Origin: Takakia lepidozioides
Taxonomy: Eukaryota > Plantae > Bryophyta
DNA: 64,000 nt
Reading direction: 5' to 3'
Assembly (NCBI GenBank): GCA_030704615.1
Contig: CM060733.1
Location: 74,028,001-74,092,000, forward strand
The position numbers and the translations under genes were made by a program. The notes beneath the pieces were generated by a model that was not told where the DNA came from, searched no databases, and saw only the letters and a program-made list of their open reading frames with translations. The first letter of the stretch is position 1, and the number at the start of each line of letters is the position of its first letter. Shown here piece by piece: positions 1 through 12,699 of this stretch.

Positions 1-47
1 AGAACAATTTCAAGAATGCTATAGAAGGAGGTACGAAATCCAGAATC

Positions 48-548
48 TTGAACCACTTCTACAAAGGGAGAATATCGTTGTCGCCCATGGACCTGATCAT
101 GACTGTGCCCGGAGAGCTAGACAAATTAAAAGGGCTGGTCAAAGTGGTGGAAAGAGCAATGGTCCAACAAAGGGAGACAACTCACAGTGTAGAAGTTGTG
201 AAGGATGTACCAAGGCCTTTGTACTCAGCACACGCTGAGCCCACGATCTCGTATGCTTATACTGGTAAGGTTAAAGCGCTTCATGTAATGATTACAATGG
301 GAGATTACCAAGTATTAGGCCAGATTGACACTGGTGCCATGCTTTCTGTAATATCAGCTAGTACAGTCAGGGATCTTGGTTTGATGGGATCTGTCATTAC
401 TAGTAAGGATGTAAATTACAGAGTAGCCTCAGGTGCTCTTGAGACTGCAATGGGCAGACTTGAGGACATCAAGGTCAAAGTAGGAGAACTGACCAATCGT
501 TTGTCCTTTATGGTGGTGAACACGGATACATATCACTGCTGGGATTAG
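48..548 (+). pseudogene. Retrotransposon aspartic protease fragment
   Basis: QIDTGAMLSVIS active-site motif; frameshift near the LLGLDFL-type end. Confidence 0.8.
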
Positions 549-958
549 ACTTTCTCAAAAAGTTTGGCGCTGTAGTGGACACCGAAGCTGAAACAATTCG
601 CGTACGCTATGGGCCAGGAAAGGATTTTGCTCACTTCCCTTTGCACACCATCAATTATAATGAGCTGCAGTTACCAAAACAGCCTACCATAGAGGGGTCG
701 AGAGTAGAATGAGATATGCAAGCAGTACGTCAGCAGGTAATGTCTAACCCTGACGTCAGATGAACAGTACCTAGGCTTGTGGGAGAAGAAAAGAAAACCA
801 GAGGAAGAATATGAGGACACGGAGGAAGCATCCTCAGGTTCTGACACCTCTAAATCTGATAAAGATGAGGAGATGGGAGGCTCTGAGGAGAGTAAGGAGG
901 TAGAAACAGCACTGAGGGATGTTGAGGAAATAATAGACGAGGTCAACCTAGGGGAGAC

Positions 959-1984
959 TTGTTCGAGGACCAAGGGATGTCTGAACTCCTTCAGGAAGAG
1001 ACCCATAAGAGCATGGCTGCTGCCATAATACAGGAAGCTTACCAGAAAGCTTGGAATGGTGAACTAGGGAACAACAACCTAGAAATAGAGGATGACTTCC
1101 ATGATTGGAATCAGGTTGTCACACAAGAGGAAGGACAGAGAATGGCTAACTCTGTAAGCCAGGTGGAGAAAAAAAATTGGGAACCCAGTCAAGAGGAAGA
1201 AATGGAGAGTCGTTGGAGAAGTCTGAAATCCAGACTGCACATCAACCCAGAACTGGCCCCAGAACATAGGATAGAGCTGGAACAAGAGCTGAAAGCAAAC
1301 CAGGAATGCTTTGCTCTTAGCAAGGCTGACTTGGGATACTGCAGTGAGGTGGAACACACAATTGACACACAAGGTTTTCCCCCTTGCAGAAGTCGTCCCA
1401 GCCGCCTATCAGAATGGGAGGAAGACGAGGTCCAAGGACAAATTGAGACTTTGATCTCACAAGGCAAGATGAGAGAGAGTAGCTCAGAATGGTCGTGTCC
1501 AGTTACCCTTCCACCAAAAAAGGATGGATCCAAGCGGTTTTGTGGTGATTTTAGGCCAGTAAACCGTTTAACCAGAAGGGACTCTTACCCTATGCCATTG
1601 ATTCAGGATGTTTTAAACCAGTTGGGGAAAGCCAAGTGGTTTTCTGCGCTGGATTTACAATCTGGTTTTTGGCAGATCAAAATGGACGACCGAGACATAG
1701 GCAAAACAGCAGTGATCACAAAGAAGGGATTGTATGAATGGCTAGTCATGCCATTCGGGCTAAAAAATGCCACTGCTACCTTTCAGAGAACGATGAATAG
1801 GGTTCTCAAGGAAGAAATCAAAGATTGCGCTAAAGTTTTTGTAGATGACGTCAATATCCATAGCAAGGACTGGGGAGATCACGTGGGACATATAAAGAGA
1901 GTATTGAGCAAGGTTAGAAAGGCCAATCTTAGGCTCAATCCGGACAAGTGTTTACTTTGCCAACTTACAGTTGGCGGCATGTGA
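959..1984 (+). pseudogene. Ty3/Gypsy reverse transcriptase
   Basis: KKDGSKRFCGDFRPVN, FSALDLQSGFWQI, MPFGLKNA, FVDD catalytic motif. Confidence 0.92.
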
Positions 1985-2134
1985 TCTCTGAAGAGGGAAC
2001 GTGGCCTGATCCAGATAAGATAGCTGCTATTGAAAGGTTTCCCTTGCCAAAAAACCACACTGCTCTCAAAAGCTACTTAGGCATGACAGGTACTATAGGC
2101 CCTATGTCAAAGGATATGCTGGAGTGGCAGTACC

Positions 2135-2640
2135 TTGTTCACTCTAACCAAAAAGGATGTGAAGTTTATCTGGAGTGCAGAGGCACAAAACGCCTTTTCT
2201 GCCTTACAGGTGAAGTTGGTAACTGCTCCCATCCTGGCAAGACCAGATTTCTCAAGACCGTTCGTCTTGGATGTTGATTGGTCCATCAAAGGAGTAGGGG
2301 CAGTCTTGTCACAAAAGGAGTATAAAAAGGAGAGGGTCATTGCATACGCCAGTAAGGTACTATCTGATGCTCAGCGCAAATATCACCCTATGGAAGGTGA
2401 ATGCTATGCCCTGGTGTGGGGAGTATTACACTTTCCAGTACCTGTATGGAACCCCTTTTGTAATCAGGACTGATCACAAACCACTGGAGTGGTTGGCAAC
2501 GGTAAGTGACGCATATGGACGCAGGGGTAGATGGATCATGATGTTACAAGATTTTGAGTTTAAAATTGTTCACAGAGCAGGTGCTAGGCATGCTAACGTA
2601 GATGCACTAAGCAGGTATCCAGTGGGACCAGCTGAGGAAA
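2135..2640 (+). pseudogene. Ty3/Gypsy RNase H (frameshifted)
   Basis: PFVLDVDWS..GVGAVLSQ, IAYASK, ECYALVWG, TDHKPL, HRAGARHANVDALSR. Confidence 0.88.
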
Positions 2641-3789
2641 CCGAGGAAATCGAGGTATACTCTACTTCTCTGTACAGTCAGAAAAGAGAAGGGAGAAAGA
2701 GGGATGGAGCCTATCTTCTTAAGCTAGCTTGGGATAGGGGTGCCATCAATGCTTCGTTATTTCAATTTAAGGAGGGTAAGGAGGAGTTGAGAGAAGAAGC
2801 TCATAGGCAAGTAGGTATAGCAGTGAAAAAGGGGAGATGATTTGCAAAAGAGAAGAGTACTATGCATGTGTATGGGGCCTTTGGCACTTCAAGAAAATAC
2901 TGTTGGGAAGTCATTTTTCTTTGGAAACAGATCTAGATCCATATTGGTGGCTGTACTCAGAGCACCACATAGGCATAGACTTACTTGGTGACTTTTCATT
3001 TGAGTTCGTTCCGGGCATAGTAAGACTTCCACAGGTAGAATGTTGACCAAGGATCATGGCATATTGAAGGGAGAACTGAAACCAGGCATAATGCCAGATG
3101 GAGAAGGAAAGAGGGTGACTTTTGCTGCACAGACTTTTGCTACAAAAAAAAACAAGGAAAGGGTATTGATCAATCAAGCTCTGTCAATCTGGTAAGGGAG
3201 GGTATTTGGAAGGATAAGGGTGCAGGAAGGAAAGAGGCTACTGCAATCAGCAACAAGGAAGGGAGCATCTGATGCCCTCTTGTCCCACCATCCATGTGAT
3301 TACCCGAGGATCTCGTGCTCGTGATAAGGAGCTGAGCGAGGTACATCCAGCCTGTGAACTTGTGGAAGAGAGATCGAACAATGAAAAGGGAAGCTTGCAA
3401 GAGACACCATTCCTTCAAGACTTGACAAGCACTCCAACTACAAGAAGAACGCGGGTGACTTCCTCATCAGAATGCCCAGCCAAGGAAAACATGGGGGGTG
3501 AGTGTTCCACCAAGACGTTTTGTTCTTCAGACAGTGATGGAACAAGTGGTTCAGAACCAGACACTTCTTCTTGCAACAAGATTGATGAAGGGGACTGGGT
3601 ACCATGGACCGCACCCACCAAAGCTACTCAGATGTCATTATTACGTGAGGCTGAAAGATGGGGGAAAAGCTCTCTCATCAGCTCTGACCAGCATACAGCA
3701 GCTGTTAAGGAGGAAAGGCAACCTGATGTGCTTGATGATGTGGAAGTCATGCACCTCTTATGTTTTGGAGAAGTCAATGACTACCTGAC

Positions 3790-5021
3790 AAAAGAGGAGA
3801 GCACGAGAGCCAAGAGGCGGGCAAGGGCAGTACTCCTATCTCAAAGGTGAGGTCTACTTTGATGGAAGGGTAGTTCCACCAAGAACTGACAGAGGGGCAA
3901 TAATCACTGAAGTACATGAAGCCACTGGCCACTTGGAGTCAGAAGAACTCAAAGAGGAGATATGCCGACGTTATTTCTGGCATGATAGAACAAAACTCAT
4001 CAGGAAAGTTCTCAAGGGCTGTGGTAAATGTCAGATGGCCAAACAGAACGGAGTGTTGCGCTCAGGTAGCTCAAAACTTCACAGCATTCCAGTAGTAGAT
4101 CTGTTTTTCAGAGTTGCAATTGACACGGCAGGACCATTACCTATAACCAGCAGGGGCAATCAGTACTTTCTGGTGGCAATCGATCACTTCTCAAAATGGA
4201 TAGAAGCTGCACCAGTGGCAGATCATACAGCAGCCCTTGCTGCCCGCTTTCTTGAGGAAGAAGTAATTGACAGGTATAGCTGCCCACATACGTTGCTCAC
4301 TGACAATGGCACAGAGTGGGGAGGTGAGTTTGAAGATACATGCCACGAATACGGTAAAAGAGGGAGCATAGCGCCCCCTACTGGCCTCAATGTAACGGTA
4401 TGGTGGAAAGGGTCATTAAGTCTCTCAAACAGAGCATCACCACCCTAGGAGTTGGAAACGACACTGAATGGGATCAGAATCTCTATAAGGCCCTGTTTGG
4501 TTACAGAATGGGTGTCCATGCTTCCACTGGATTCTCACCTTTTCAGGTACTTACTGGTAGAATTCCAAGGCTGGGAATTGACAACAGGTTGCATTTTCTT
4601 ACAACACCAATAAATTCTGATGGATCTGTAGCAGAGGTCACACTTATGATGCAGCAGAAAATCCAGCTTCTCACAAAGATGAAGGCAAAGCTGCGAAAAA
4701 GTGTGAAGAAAGGGCAGCGGCAGCAGGCAGGGATTATGAAAGGAGGCATCAAACTGGGCATACCTACTGCAAGTTGATGGAAACAGCAAGGTTATGATGT
4801 TGAGGCCTGGAAAGAGATCTTCCATGACATCTCCATGGGAGGGACCTTATGACTTTTTGGGGTACAAAGATGCAGGAAACACCACAAGGACAGGGGAAGC
4901 TGCACGCAGATGCAGGCTAAGAGATGGGGCAAACAAGGAATGGACAAGAAGTAGGAGGGACTTGAAACCCTTCGTACCACCAGTGTGTGATCAGCCAGTG
5001 AAGGTGGTCAGTGGACCCTGA
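3790..5021 (+). pseudogene. Ty3/Gypsy integrase (HHCC zinc finger, DDE core, GPY/F tail), frameshifted
   Basis: YFWH..CGKCQ, IDTAGPLP, IDHFSKW, TDNGTEW, NGMVER, WEGPY. Confidence 0.88.
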
Positions 5022-5535
5022 CACTTAAAAAGGGAGACACACTACATATGTAGTGTGAATGCAGGGGACAGAACATTACATATGTTTACCATTACGACCT
5101 ACATCACTATGACGGAGTGCCCGTCATCCCAACTGGAGAAAGGATGTATCCCTTCATGTAGGTAATTTCATGAGCGCACTGAACTTATGCTTTGCCAGGA
5201 GAAAATGGCTAAGTCATGACGGTACACATTTCCATCCATGCGATGAACGTTTTCATCACTGGTTCTTGACCTAAAAGATCGCGGGTTGAGAAAAACGAAG
5301 AGGAAGATGACGGATGGCTCGTAGCGGCTGTTGCAAGCAGTGGTGTCGGCAGGGCAGCCTGTGTTAGGAGGTTGTACCTGCGCGGTGGGATCTTGCTTGG
5401 CTTAGGAAGCGGCATTAAGACGCCTCTGCTTGGTATTCTGTGTAGAAAGAAGCGGTGCCGCCTCTCTCGTAGTGATGATCAATTCCAAGAGATAGAAGCA
5501 TGTAAGGAAAGCGGCGCACCACCACTGCCGCCAGT

Positions 5536-5590
5536 GGGGGTTGCTATTCCATGAGCTCATGAGCGGGCATGGCTCACCCATGAGCCGCAA
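5536..5590 (+). other. Candidate element terminus GGGGGTTGCTATTCCATGAGC followed by CATGAGC repeats
   Basis: Near-identical motif at 16240-16306 (reverse), 19871-19925 and 55170-55240. Confidence 0.5.
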
Positions 5591-5774
5591 AGTAACACAC
5601 TTCGAATTTCGGCAGATTTTTTTCAGGCCCAAAACTATAAAATAATCAAAAATCGAAGATTTCCGCGCTCATGCTGGAAGCACTCCGCTCATGAGTACCA
5701 GTGTACGCTCATGACTTGGAGCCCAGGCTCATGGACCGCTAGGCCAGGTCATAGAAAAACTGAATTCTGGGCAA

Positions 5775-6240
5775 TAACGGCACCGAAATTATCCCAGAGG
5801 CAGAGACGCAAGCGGAATTAGGATCCGGGTTTGCAGACTCCGAAAACGCAATGGCGACCTATAACCGTGGATAGTACTGTTGCAGAAGTGCATGATGGTT
5901 GGGTATAACGGCGCCGTAATTGGGCACAGGAAAAGAAATAGCCGGCTGAAGGCTCGGGAGTGAGCCAACAACGGTGAAAGTAATTGGGCTCCACCAACCA
6001 AATACCCGGAGTGCAGGCGATAACGGCGCCGAAATGGGCCCCGAAAACCAAATACTCGGTTGAAGCCACCGGAGTGCAGCCGATAACGGCGCCGAAATTG
6101 GGTCCAGAAACCAAATACCCTGCTGAAGGCTAGGGATTGCAACCAATAACGGCGCCGAAATTGACCTGCGGAAACAAAATTCTCGGCTGAAGCTTCCGCA
6201 CTCCATCCAATAACGGCGCCAAAATTGGCTCCGGAGAGCA
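5775..6240. repeat. Subterminal repeats, about 63-bp period, core TAACGGCGCCGAAATT
   Basis: Cores near 5776, 5906, 6020, 6084, 6147, 6210. Confidence 0.8.
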
Positions 6241-6344
6241 AATACCCGCCTTACGGTAAGGGAGGCCTTGCTCTCATTTTGCTCTTCACTCTTCTGTTGT
6301 GCCCATCTCCTCCCTGCTTTGAGTTTGTGCTATGTCGTGAGGCC

Positions 6345-6913
6345 ATGTCGTGCCCGAATCACATCTATCGACGCCAGACGGGAGTCATTTTCCCGAAAGC
6401 ACACGACATCATTGTTTCCTGGATGTTTACAGGGACGATCCTCGACTTGTCCAGCTGAGAGCAATGGAGTTTCTTCCAGGATTGCACGATTCTCCTGGAC
6501 CCCGGCTGGGGAGCAGGTGGTTCCTACGCATCATGGACCTGGACTTTCCGCATGAGTGGGAGCCGAACAGATCACGCACAGCGTTGCTGTATCGCTGGAA
6601 TTGTTGCGAGTGGACGTATGATGAGTGCATAGGTGAAAACTTTACGCGTGGACGGACTGGCTCGGAAAGTGGGGACATTCTCTTCAGTTATGAGGATGAG
6701 GAGGAGGGGAACACAGGGCCCACTGTGAAATGTCCTTCTACCAAGGGGGCGCTATCGATAAACACGACATCCTCGTTAGTTTCAACCGGGCGACAGAAAC
6801 CACTGACATTTTGTTCAAATATAGGCACCCGGTCACTCAGGAGGTCCTTGAGAGGCCAGTTAGAGTTCCTTCTTCTTGGGCGAGGGGACCATAGGTCTTG
6901 CATGCTAGAGTAG
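6345..6913 (+). pseudogene. RWNCC-family unknown protein, paralog 1 (frameshifted)
   Basis: LRAMEFLPG..WFLRIMDLDFP..RSRTALLYRWNCCEWT..IGENF aligns with 15264-15827 and 21453-22031. Confidence 0.75.
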
Positions 6914-7589
6914 ACATGTTTCGACTCGCCGACACTCATGGCACATACATTTTCATTCAGAAATCAAGCAGCTTCCCTGTGCCATATGGGGAATATACAT
7001 GCTTGGATAATCTTCTGTTAAGGTTTTTTGCAATTCACTGCCAGTATGCTGGGACGTGTCCTTTGTCGTATGGATTGCTCGTTTGCACAAGGTGCAGTAT
7101 TCAAATGCTGGAATGGCAGTAGGACCCTTCCCACTGGGACACAGAACTAGCAATCTTGTAAAGGCATCACATTTGTAGAACAGTAACAATGTATTTGCAA
7201 ATTGGAGTCTTCTCATAAAGGTGGACGAAAACGCCAGGATGGGCTGCGAAATCACACTACAAATTGAATGAAGAGCAGTAACAAGGAGCACTATGCAGTA
7301 CATACCATAAACGGCGCTGAAATAGGCCTCAATGCCCGTTAATCTCCACACATGTATGCTTTACTCGGATCCATTTGTAGACAACCAAAATAAAAAAAAT
7401 GCGCATGCCATTCATGGCCAAAACCCACATTCTCATGTATTGCGGCACTGAAATTCACATGTAGCCATGGCGATGCGGCACCACCAAGTGTATAATTCCT
7501 CACAAAAAAAAGGGTGCAAGAAGATGAATGTAATATAATTGCCACTTCTCCTTCCCGAATGTGGAATGTCAAGCAGTCCGACCAATGTC

Positions 7590-8000
7590 CTACCGTAGGG
7601 CCTTGTGCAGCTCGTTGAAACTCAGTGTTGGAGCATGGATGAAGACGTCCACTGCGGATATGCAACTCATGCGCTTCAGAAAAATGTAATAAAGGTGTTT
7701 GCAGGGGACGTATGCTGCATTCTTCGATTCCATAACAAGGAAGTCCTCACAGTTGCAAGCTGGGTACTGTGAAACCTGATTGTATACACGACACTGCGCG
7801 CAGTAGACCCGGCTGTTGACAACTGAAATATGCGCCCCATCCTGGGTGAGGAACATCCCTGCAACCTTGCACTATGCAGGGCATTGCAAGAGCGTTGGCC
7901 ATCCTGGTGTCGTTCGCCTTTGTTGGTGGCCGTCGTCTTTTCAGTTTCCCCCACCGATGGGTGGGCCAAGCTGCGGGGTCACCCACCGGTATGCGGGGCA
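7590..8000 (-). pseudogene. C-terminal remnant of Mutator-like transposase with SWIM zinc finger
   Basis: YPACNCEDF..VPCKHLYYIF (CxC..CxH); PTHRWGKLKRRRPP matches PTHRWGKPKRRRPP at about 55120-55165. Confidence 0.8.
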
Positions 8001-8359
8001 AAGAGCTTCTCGTGGGAGGAGGATGACGACTGGGAATTGGATTTCATGGAACGTATTTTAGCTTTCAGAGAATCAGGATGGAAGTACACGTTTACCCAAA
8101 CACGGGAGTCCATGTTGAAGACGGGACCTCTCGGTACGCTCCGCAGCGAAGTCCTGCAGTGAGAAGAGTGTGTCCTACCTAATAACACAAATGATTTTTT
8201 GGAGGATTCCGCATCCAACAGGATGGGTGATCGGTGCACGTAAAGATGAGGTATGTAACGTACGTTACAAAAACGGACGACAACAGCAAGTTCACATCGG
8301 ATATTTGGTGCCTGAATTGTAATGTACAACCACTTGGGCTAAATAAATCAGGCCTTCCC

Positions 8360-10180
8360 ATGAATTTCGGCACCGAAATCTGGATGAACATCTCTGTCAT
8401 GTAACAACTTTGGAACCAGGGGATGAATTCCGGCGACAGAAATAGTAATTTGTTCACCTCATGAAACTACCAAGCACCCAACGGATGGATTTCGGTGCCG
8501 AAATTCGGATGAACATCTTCTTCATCAAATTGTTTTTGCACATGAGGGTTGAATTTGGATGCCAAAATACGGATGAATGTGTTCCTGATTACAGTCGTGA
8601 TTCACCACGTGTCCGGATATCGGTGCTGACATCCGAATGACAGTAATCCTGAATCGGCAGAATGGATGTATTTCGGCCCCGAAATTCATTCTTCATCTCC
8701 TTTTCCGACCCTAATTCTGCTGCCCTGCGGATGGATTTCAGTGCCAAATTTATCTGAAGTTTTTTTTTTTTTTTTTTTTCTTTTTTCTTTGCGACAGATG
8801 AACTTCGGCGCCGAATCTCATCCAAGTACTCTCCTTCTATTTTCCTTTTTCTTCGCGAGCAATGAATTTCGGCGCCGAAATTCATCCGAAGTCCTCCCGA
8901 ATTATTATTTTTCTTTGCGAGCAATGAATTTCGGCGCTGACATTCATCCGAAGTCCTCCCGAATTTTATTTTATTTTCGCGAGCAATGAATTTCGGCGCC
9001 GAAATTCATCCGAAGTCCTCCCGAATTTTTTTTTTCTTCGCGAGCAATGAATTTCGACGCCGAAATTCATCCGAAGTCCTCCCGAATTTCTTTTTTTCTT
9101 CGGGAGCAATGAATTTCGGCGCCGAAATTCATCCGAAGTCCTCCCGAATTTTATTTTTTTTCTTCGCGAGCAATGAATTTCGGCGCCGAAATTCAACCGA
9201 CTCCATTCCTCCAAATTCTTTTCAGGGTTTGAGCGCCGGATTTCGGCGCCAAAATTCATCTAATGCCCTCCTCCAATATTTATTTCTTTGAAATGGATGA
9301 ATTTCGGCGCCGAAATTCATCCTTACTGTCCACAATGAGTAACTCTAATATTACATTTTCTATGCGACGGATGAATTTTGGCGCCGAAATTCGTCCAAAC
9401 CCGACACTTACTATTTGCTTCTAGATGATATAATTTTCGGTAAATCGTTGGAAATACCCCGTTCCGACGAAGATAACAGGAATATTCTGCATTTAATGGA
9501 GAAATCGGCATATTGAACCCCTTCTGTCAAAATTAATTGCATTTTAGCCGTTTTTTTCCTTTGAAACCGACAGTATCCATTAAGTGGTCTTTTTCGCATG
9601 GGACGTTGCCGCACATAAAGTATAATTTCGGCGCGCCGAAATTATAGTTAAATGTCCACAAATGGCAAGTCCAACAGGCATGGACAGCATCCGTCAGGGG
9701 CAATGATGGCGGCAAAGCATAGCATGGTGCCGATTTAGTCTTCGCTCTGGATGAATTTCGGCGCCGAAATATGGATGATTTCACCTCGTCTACGCGCGGA
9801 CGGAGATATTCGTAATGAATTTCGGCGCCGAAATATAGATGAAATGTGCCCAAGTGCAGCCGTTTCCACTGTCCCGGAATTAATTCCGGCTCCGATATCC
9901 CACTGACAGGTTTGCTCATGACGAATGAGGACTTGGGAAGCGATGAATTGCGGCGCCGAAATTTGTAAGTTTGTGTACGAAAGCACTTGAATAGGATGAA
10001 TTTTGGCGCCGAAATTCATCCGTCCGCTGATGAAACGTACCGACCTGACTGTTGAATGTCATAGGCAGGGGATTTTCATGGCGGTTGGGTTTCATGATGT
10101 GCAGATATTTCATTCAATGTCGGCTGCTCCGGGAACAGCATCCGGTGAACGGAAGGTATTTCGGTGCCGCAATTCGGATA
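8360..10180. repeat. Array of palindromes ATGAATTTCGGCGCCGAAATTCAT; tandem core 8790-9200 with about 62-bp period
   Basis: Perfect 24-bp palindrome (28 bp at 9295-9322); tandem starts 8861, 8923, 8985, 9046, 9108, 9172; scattered degenerate copies on both sides. Confidence 0.92.
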
Positions 10181-10449
10181 AACCGTCTTGTACTGGTGGC
10201 TGGAACTGGCACGCGTCGTGTTCCAGTCGACTTCATCCGTGCGAACGTGTCAGGGGTCACAATCTCTTCATCACTCATACGGCAGAAAGTGGTGGACGGT
10301 GGCAACGCTTTGGGAGACGTGGCTGCTTACACATCTGCTCGTGCATAGTGGTTGCATGTTCCACCGATCGCTCTCTCGCTCCTTGCCCTTCTGCAGTGAC
10401 ATTCTCCTGCGTTTCCTCTCCTTATGCGGCATAGTGGGTAGCATAGAGT

Positions 10450-12250
10450 TTGTGGAAGGTCAGGCTCCGGCAAAGAGAAGGAGGACGCGGGATTTTGGGA
10501 AGCCGCCGACGACACGACTTAAGCTCCGTCTCATGCATGAAATGCAGACCTCGTTATCCGGAGACTCGGATCGCCCACCAGTGAGAGATTCGTGCTTTGC
10601 GGATATGAAGCACTCCATACGCAATATTCCTTTTACACCTTTTTTTTTGCGTGCAGTGTCTCATGTTTTCCTGTTTGTTTGACATGGGAGCTGGGGAGGG
10701 ATCGCAGGGGGGCGAAGCAACACAGTCAACTTTGGATACTCCTGCCCGGGTGCTGCGCTCGCAAGGTGGAAGTGCATCGAGGCAGGCGAGTCCTCATTCA
10801 ACACCTCAGATATCGCCTCAGAAAAGCCCACCTAGAGTTCGGAAGTCGAGGAAGCAGAAGGAGCCCATGGCTTCGCCAGTAAAACCCCTAGGGAGACTGG
10901 AAGCGGAGATATTGGGTTTGCAGTCAATTTCAAAAAACACGAATGCGGTGGAGGCCGCTGGAGATGTGGGAGTTGGATCTGCAGAAGGGCGGCCCATTGA
11001 GCTGACAGAAGGAGAGGACGACAACATGGTACGACTTGGCGACGATCAGAACCTGCTGGAGCTTGCGAAGAAGCAAAACCTCCAGGACATTTCCTTCTCT
11101 GCAGACTCTTATCTTTCAGGCATTTTGCTTCGTGAAGAAACATTAGAAATTCAAATTACGTGAAACAGGAAGACTTGTTGATTCCATAGTTGATCCACTG
11201 GAGTATAACGTCCTGTTCAACCATGTGGGAGAGAAGGACATTCTTTGTGATTTGTCGAGCAAGCCATGGAGGTATGGCAGGACCAGGAGTCCTGCATTCA
11301 TCCCAGACGCTCATGGAAACATGTACGGATGTTGAAGGCAGGGTCCTCGACATCACTGCAAATACAGGTGAGAACGTTAATTGAATGCGGCACCAAAATT
11401 GACACCATTTCCGTTTGTGTATGTTTGCTTGTGCGAGGAAGCGACTCATTCTTGAGTTTGGTTGTGGTTGTGTCGTATGAATTTGCAGGTGCCTGTATGT
11501 GGGCGGGAAGGATGTCGAACCGATTTGTGTTCTCATTTGAGGGGGATACGGCCTTGTACGATTACAATTTGGCGGGCCTTCAACGTTTGCCTCCGACTGA
11601 GGATCCCAAAAACGCAGAAGATGACGTGGAAGGGGAGGAGGAAGATGAAGAGGAGGAAGTCCAGGAAATTCGTTCGATGCAGGGGCGCCCGAAGCCGCTT
11701 CCCCCAATGCCTGTCTTCGAGTGAGTTGCACCATAGTAAGTGTATTGGTTTCGGTTGTAGGGACCATGCAACCTGCCGATGATTCCCTGTTTGAATTCTC
11801 TAATGTACTTCATTCTATGTTTTGTGCGTACACTCAGCCTTGCAGAGTCGTCCGACGAGGAGAAGCTGGGAGACTTGCCCGAATCGGACCCTGTTGCAGA
11901 GGAGGAGACAAATCGCATCGGCCATTCTTTGCCAGAAAATCGTTTCTCGCGAGTCCCCAGAAGCCTTTTTTTCTACCAGCCTATGCAGACACGGCTGCCA
12001 GAGAAGCCATCAGGAGGGAGGATAGGCCTACTCGGTTAGAGCAATTGACATACGGGAATGAGCAGAGAATTATAATGAGGCGTGAGGCCAAACATAGAAT
12101 TGTGAAAGGCAGAGTAGGGAAGTTCGTAATAGAATCCGCGTCCGAGAGCGAGGGGAATGTTGAGGACACTTCCGCACCCAGGTGGACAGTTCCGGCTGTG
12201 AGGATGGTATTTTTGAGGGGAGGGCTTCTCAGAGTAACAGCGGTAGCGAC
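10450..12250 (+). pseudogene. ParB/MTase-like gene copy 1, with large internal deletion near 11160; keeps the SAM-binding MTase end and C-terminal exon
   Basis: RTRSPAFIQTLMETCTDVEGRVLDITANTG | ACMWAGRMSNRFVFSFEGD after one frameshift (intron 11368-11488); last exon ARKSFLASPQKPFFLPAYA matches ARADFMTSPVKDYSIPSYA of copy 2. Confidence 0.72.
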
Positions 12251-12699
12251 AGTGCAGGTTCGGAGGCAGGTGGAAGGCAGCCATCCTTGCATGAGGCCGG
12301 GGATGCATCGGACAGTGATAGCGGATCCTCACCATAGCAAAGTCTCATTTGGATCCTTTTGTTGTATAGTTCTGAAACACTTAATGAAAATATTAAGCTT
12401 CTAGCTGCTTTTTGTCTCCTTGTTATAGGACCAGGCCAATTCGAGAGGAAGAATTGCATAGCGTAATCTGGTTGTCAGGCCACAGGATGGTCCAAGTGAA
12501 GAAGGGGAGCCATCATGGCGTCATAAGGTCTGGAATCAAGACAAAGAGAAAGGGTTGAAGTGGCTGCTGACGGGCGATGGCAAGGTGCCACCTTGACAGG
12601 CAGACCCGCCGCTTCACTAGTGGATAAAAACAGATAAGTCGATGAACAGAGGCTTCTTTTTTCCAGGACTTAGAAATTGCTTTGGTAGATTTAGGACTG

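Larger units (their letters stand above)
1..5040 (+). mobile_element. Decayed Ty3/Gypsy LTR retrotransposon internal region (PR-RT-RH-INT, no chromodomain seen); 5' part outside window
   Basis: Domain order PR-RT-RH-INT across frameshifted ORFs; purine run AAAAAGGGAG at about 5027-5036 could be a PPT; no clear LTR found. Confidence 0.85.
5536..12400. mobile_element. Internally deleted copy 1 of composite DNA element: end motif, 63-bp repeats, RWNCC gene, SWIM transposase remnant, palindrome array, ParB/MTase-like gene; right end uncertain
   Basis: Same gene set and same divergent transposase | array | ParB-MTase layout as 19871-55170; no TSD found. Confidence 0.45.

Noticed and set aside
5038-5057. 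Perfect 20-bp palindrome CACACTACATATGTAGTGTG resembling fused CACTA ends
   Set aside because: Single short occurrence, no subterminal repeats or convincing 3-bp TSD.
8589-9291. ORFs with MNFGAEIH repeats
   Set aside because: By-products of the palindrome and poly-T spacers.
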